This document shows positions 37,828 to 38,493 of a DNA stretch of 38,493 bases, piece after piece. Position numbers and translations under genes: made by a program. Location: the NCBI GenBank assembly GCA_964573245.1, contig CAZNJA010000009.1, positions 1 through 38,493 on the forward strand, in the 5' to 3' direction. Source of the DNA: an uncultured bacterium. Lineage in GTDB: Bacteria; CAIJMQ01. Under the pieces are notes generated by a model. The model was not told the origin of the DNA, ran no database searches, and was given only the letters and a program-made list of their open reading frames with translations. Each line of letters begins with the position of its first letter. Positions within the stretch are counted from its first letter, which is position 1.

Positions 37828-37914
37828 GATGATAGATACTAGATGCTTGATACTAGTTAATAACTACTAAATTATTTGTTTTTTACGAGCATCAGGTATC
37901 CAGAATCCAGCATC
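37828..37914. repeat. Heptamer-arm inverted element, family C, between etfB and yicC
   Basis: gatgata gatacta gatgctt gatacta, AT-rich loop, gagcatc aggtatc cagaatc cagcatc. Confidence 0.75.
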
Positions 37915-37921
37915 CCAATTT

Positions 37922-38493
37922 TTATATAATCTTATCTGCTTTAAGCTTTTCTACGAGTTTACTTGTCTTCTCGTCCGCAGAAGCGCCTTCAACCATTTCG
38001 CCTTTCTCTCTGCGAGGCGGAGTAAATATTTTTATAACTTGCGTGGCAGAACCGTTTAGTCCCGTTTGTTTTTCTGATAAACCCAAATCGTTCTTACCCC
38101 ATTTTATAATTTCGGCTTTCTTCGCTTTAAGAATTCCTTTTATCGAAGAAAAACGCGGCTCATTTATATCCTTTGTAACCGTTATTACGCAAGGCATTGG
38201 GGCTTCCACTTCCTCATAAGCGTCTTCTACCGTCCTTCTTCCCCTTATTTTCTTATCTTCAATATCCAATTTGCTCACATAGGTAATCTGGGGAAGGGAT
38301 AGTTCTTCCGCTACTTCGGGCCCCACCTGCGCAGTATCGCCGTCAATCGCCTGTTTGCCGAAGAGAACTAAATCATATTCGCTTATTTTTCCGATTGCTT
38401 TTGCCAAAGTTTTTGCTGTTGCCCATGTGTCCGAACCCGCAAAAGCCATATCTGTTAGAAGAATCGCCTCATCCGCGCCCATTGCCAAAGCAG
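37922..38493 (-). CDS. etfB: Electron transfer flavoprotein subunit beta (5' end outside window)
   Basis: AMGADEAILL.D..FAGSDT.AT, GKQAIDGDTAQVGP, NEPR, GL.GS.TQV. Confidence 0.93.
   Translation of the reverse strand, partial: ALAMGADEAILLTDMAFAGSDTWATAKTLAKAIGKISEYDLVLFGKQAIDGDTAQVGPEVAEELSLPQITYVSKLDIEDKKIRGRRTVEDAYEEVEAPMPCVITVTKDINEPRFSSIKGILKAKKAEIIKWGKNDLGLSEKQTGLNGSATQVIKIFTPPRREKGEMVEGASADEKTSKLVEKLKADKII

Overview
Low-GC bacterial chromosomal segment made mostly of housekeeping genes: rtcB-serS-DUF1015-V-ATPase D-ispD-ispF (+); pyrK/pyrD, two prepilin/DUF1559-like genes, gatCAB, an AlaC-type aminotransferase, two PilT ATPases, lipB, an MFS transporter, a large beta-helix CFI-box-CTERM protein, yebC and an EF-G paralogue (-); hflX and a UXS-like epimerase (+); a BNR protein, a stand-alone PKS-type acyltransferase, an alginate-export-like porin, leuCD, nadK, gmk, yicC and partial etfB (-). 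The gene set suggests a diderm lineage near Omnitrophota/PVC (inference only). No rRNA, tRNA, CRISPR array or transposase was found. The unusual signal is a dense layer of small structured DNA elements. (1) Inverted arms built from degenerate 7-mers fill operon junctions; one family occurs three times, twice empty and once enclosing a whole HTH-HNH nuclease gene between gatC and gatA. (2) At least three families of short GC-rich palindromes sit in frame inside pyrD, pyrK, nadK, lipB and gmk, sometimes nested in each other or in 7-mer tracts. (3) An intergenic array of bulged hairpins shows compensatory base changes. Also present: a polX remnant reduced to its two termini and a perfect 62-bp duplication of the yebC start. 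All protein calls are from motif recognition by eye, without database searches.
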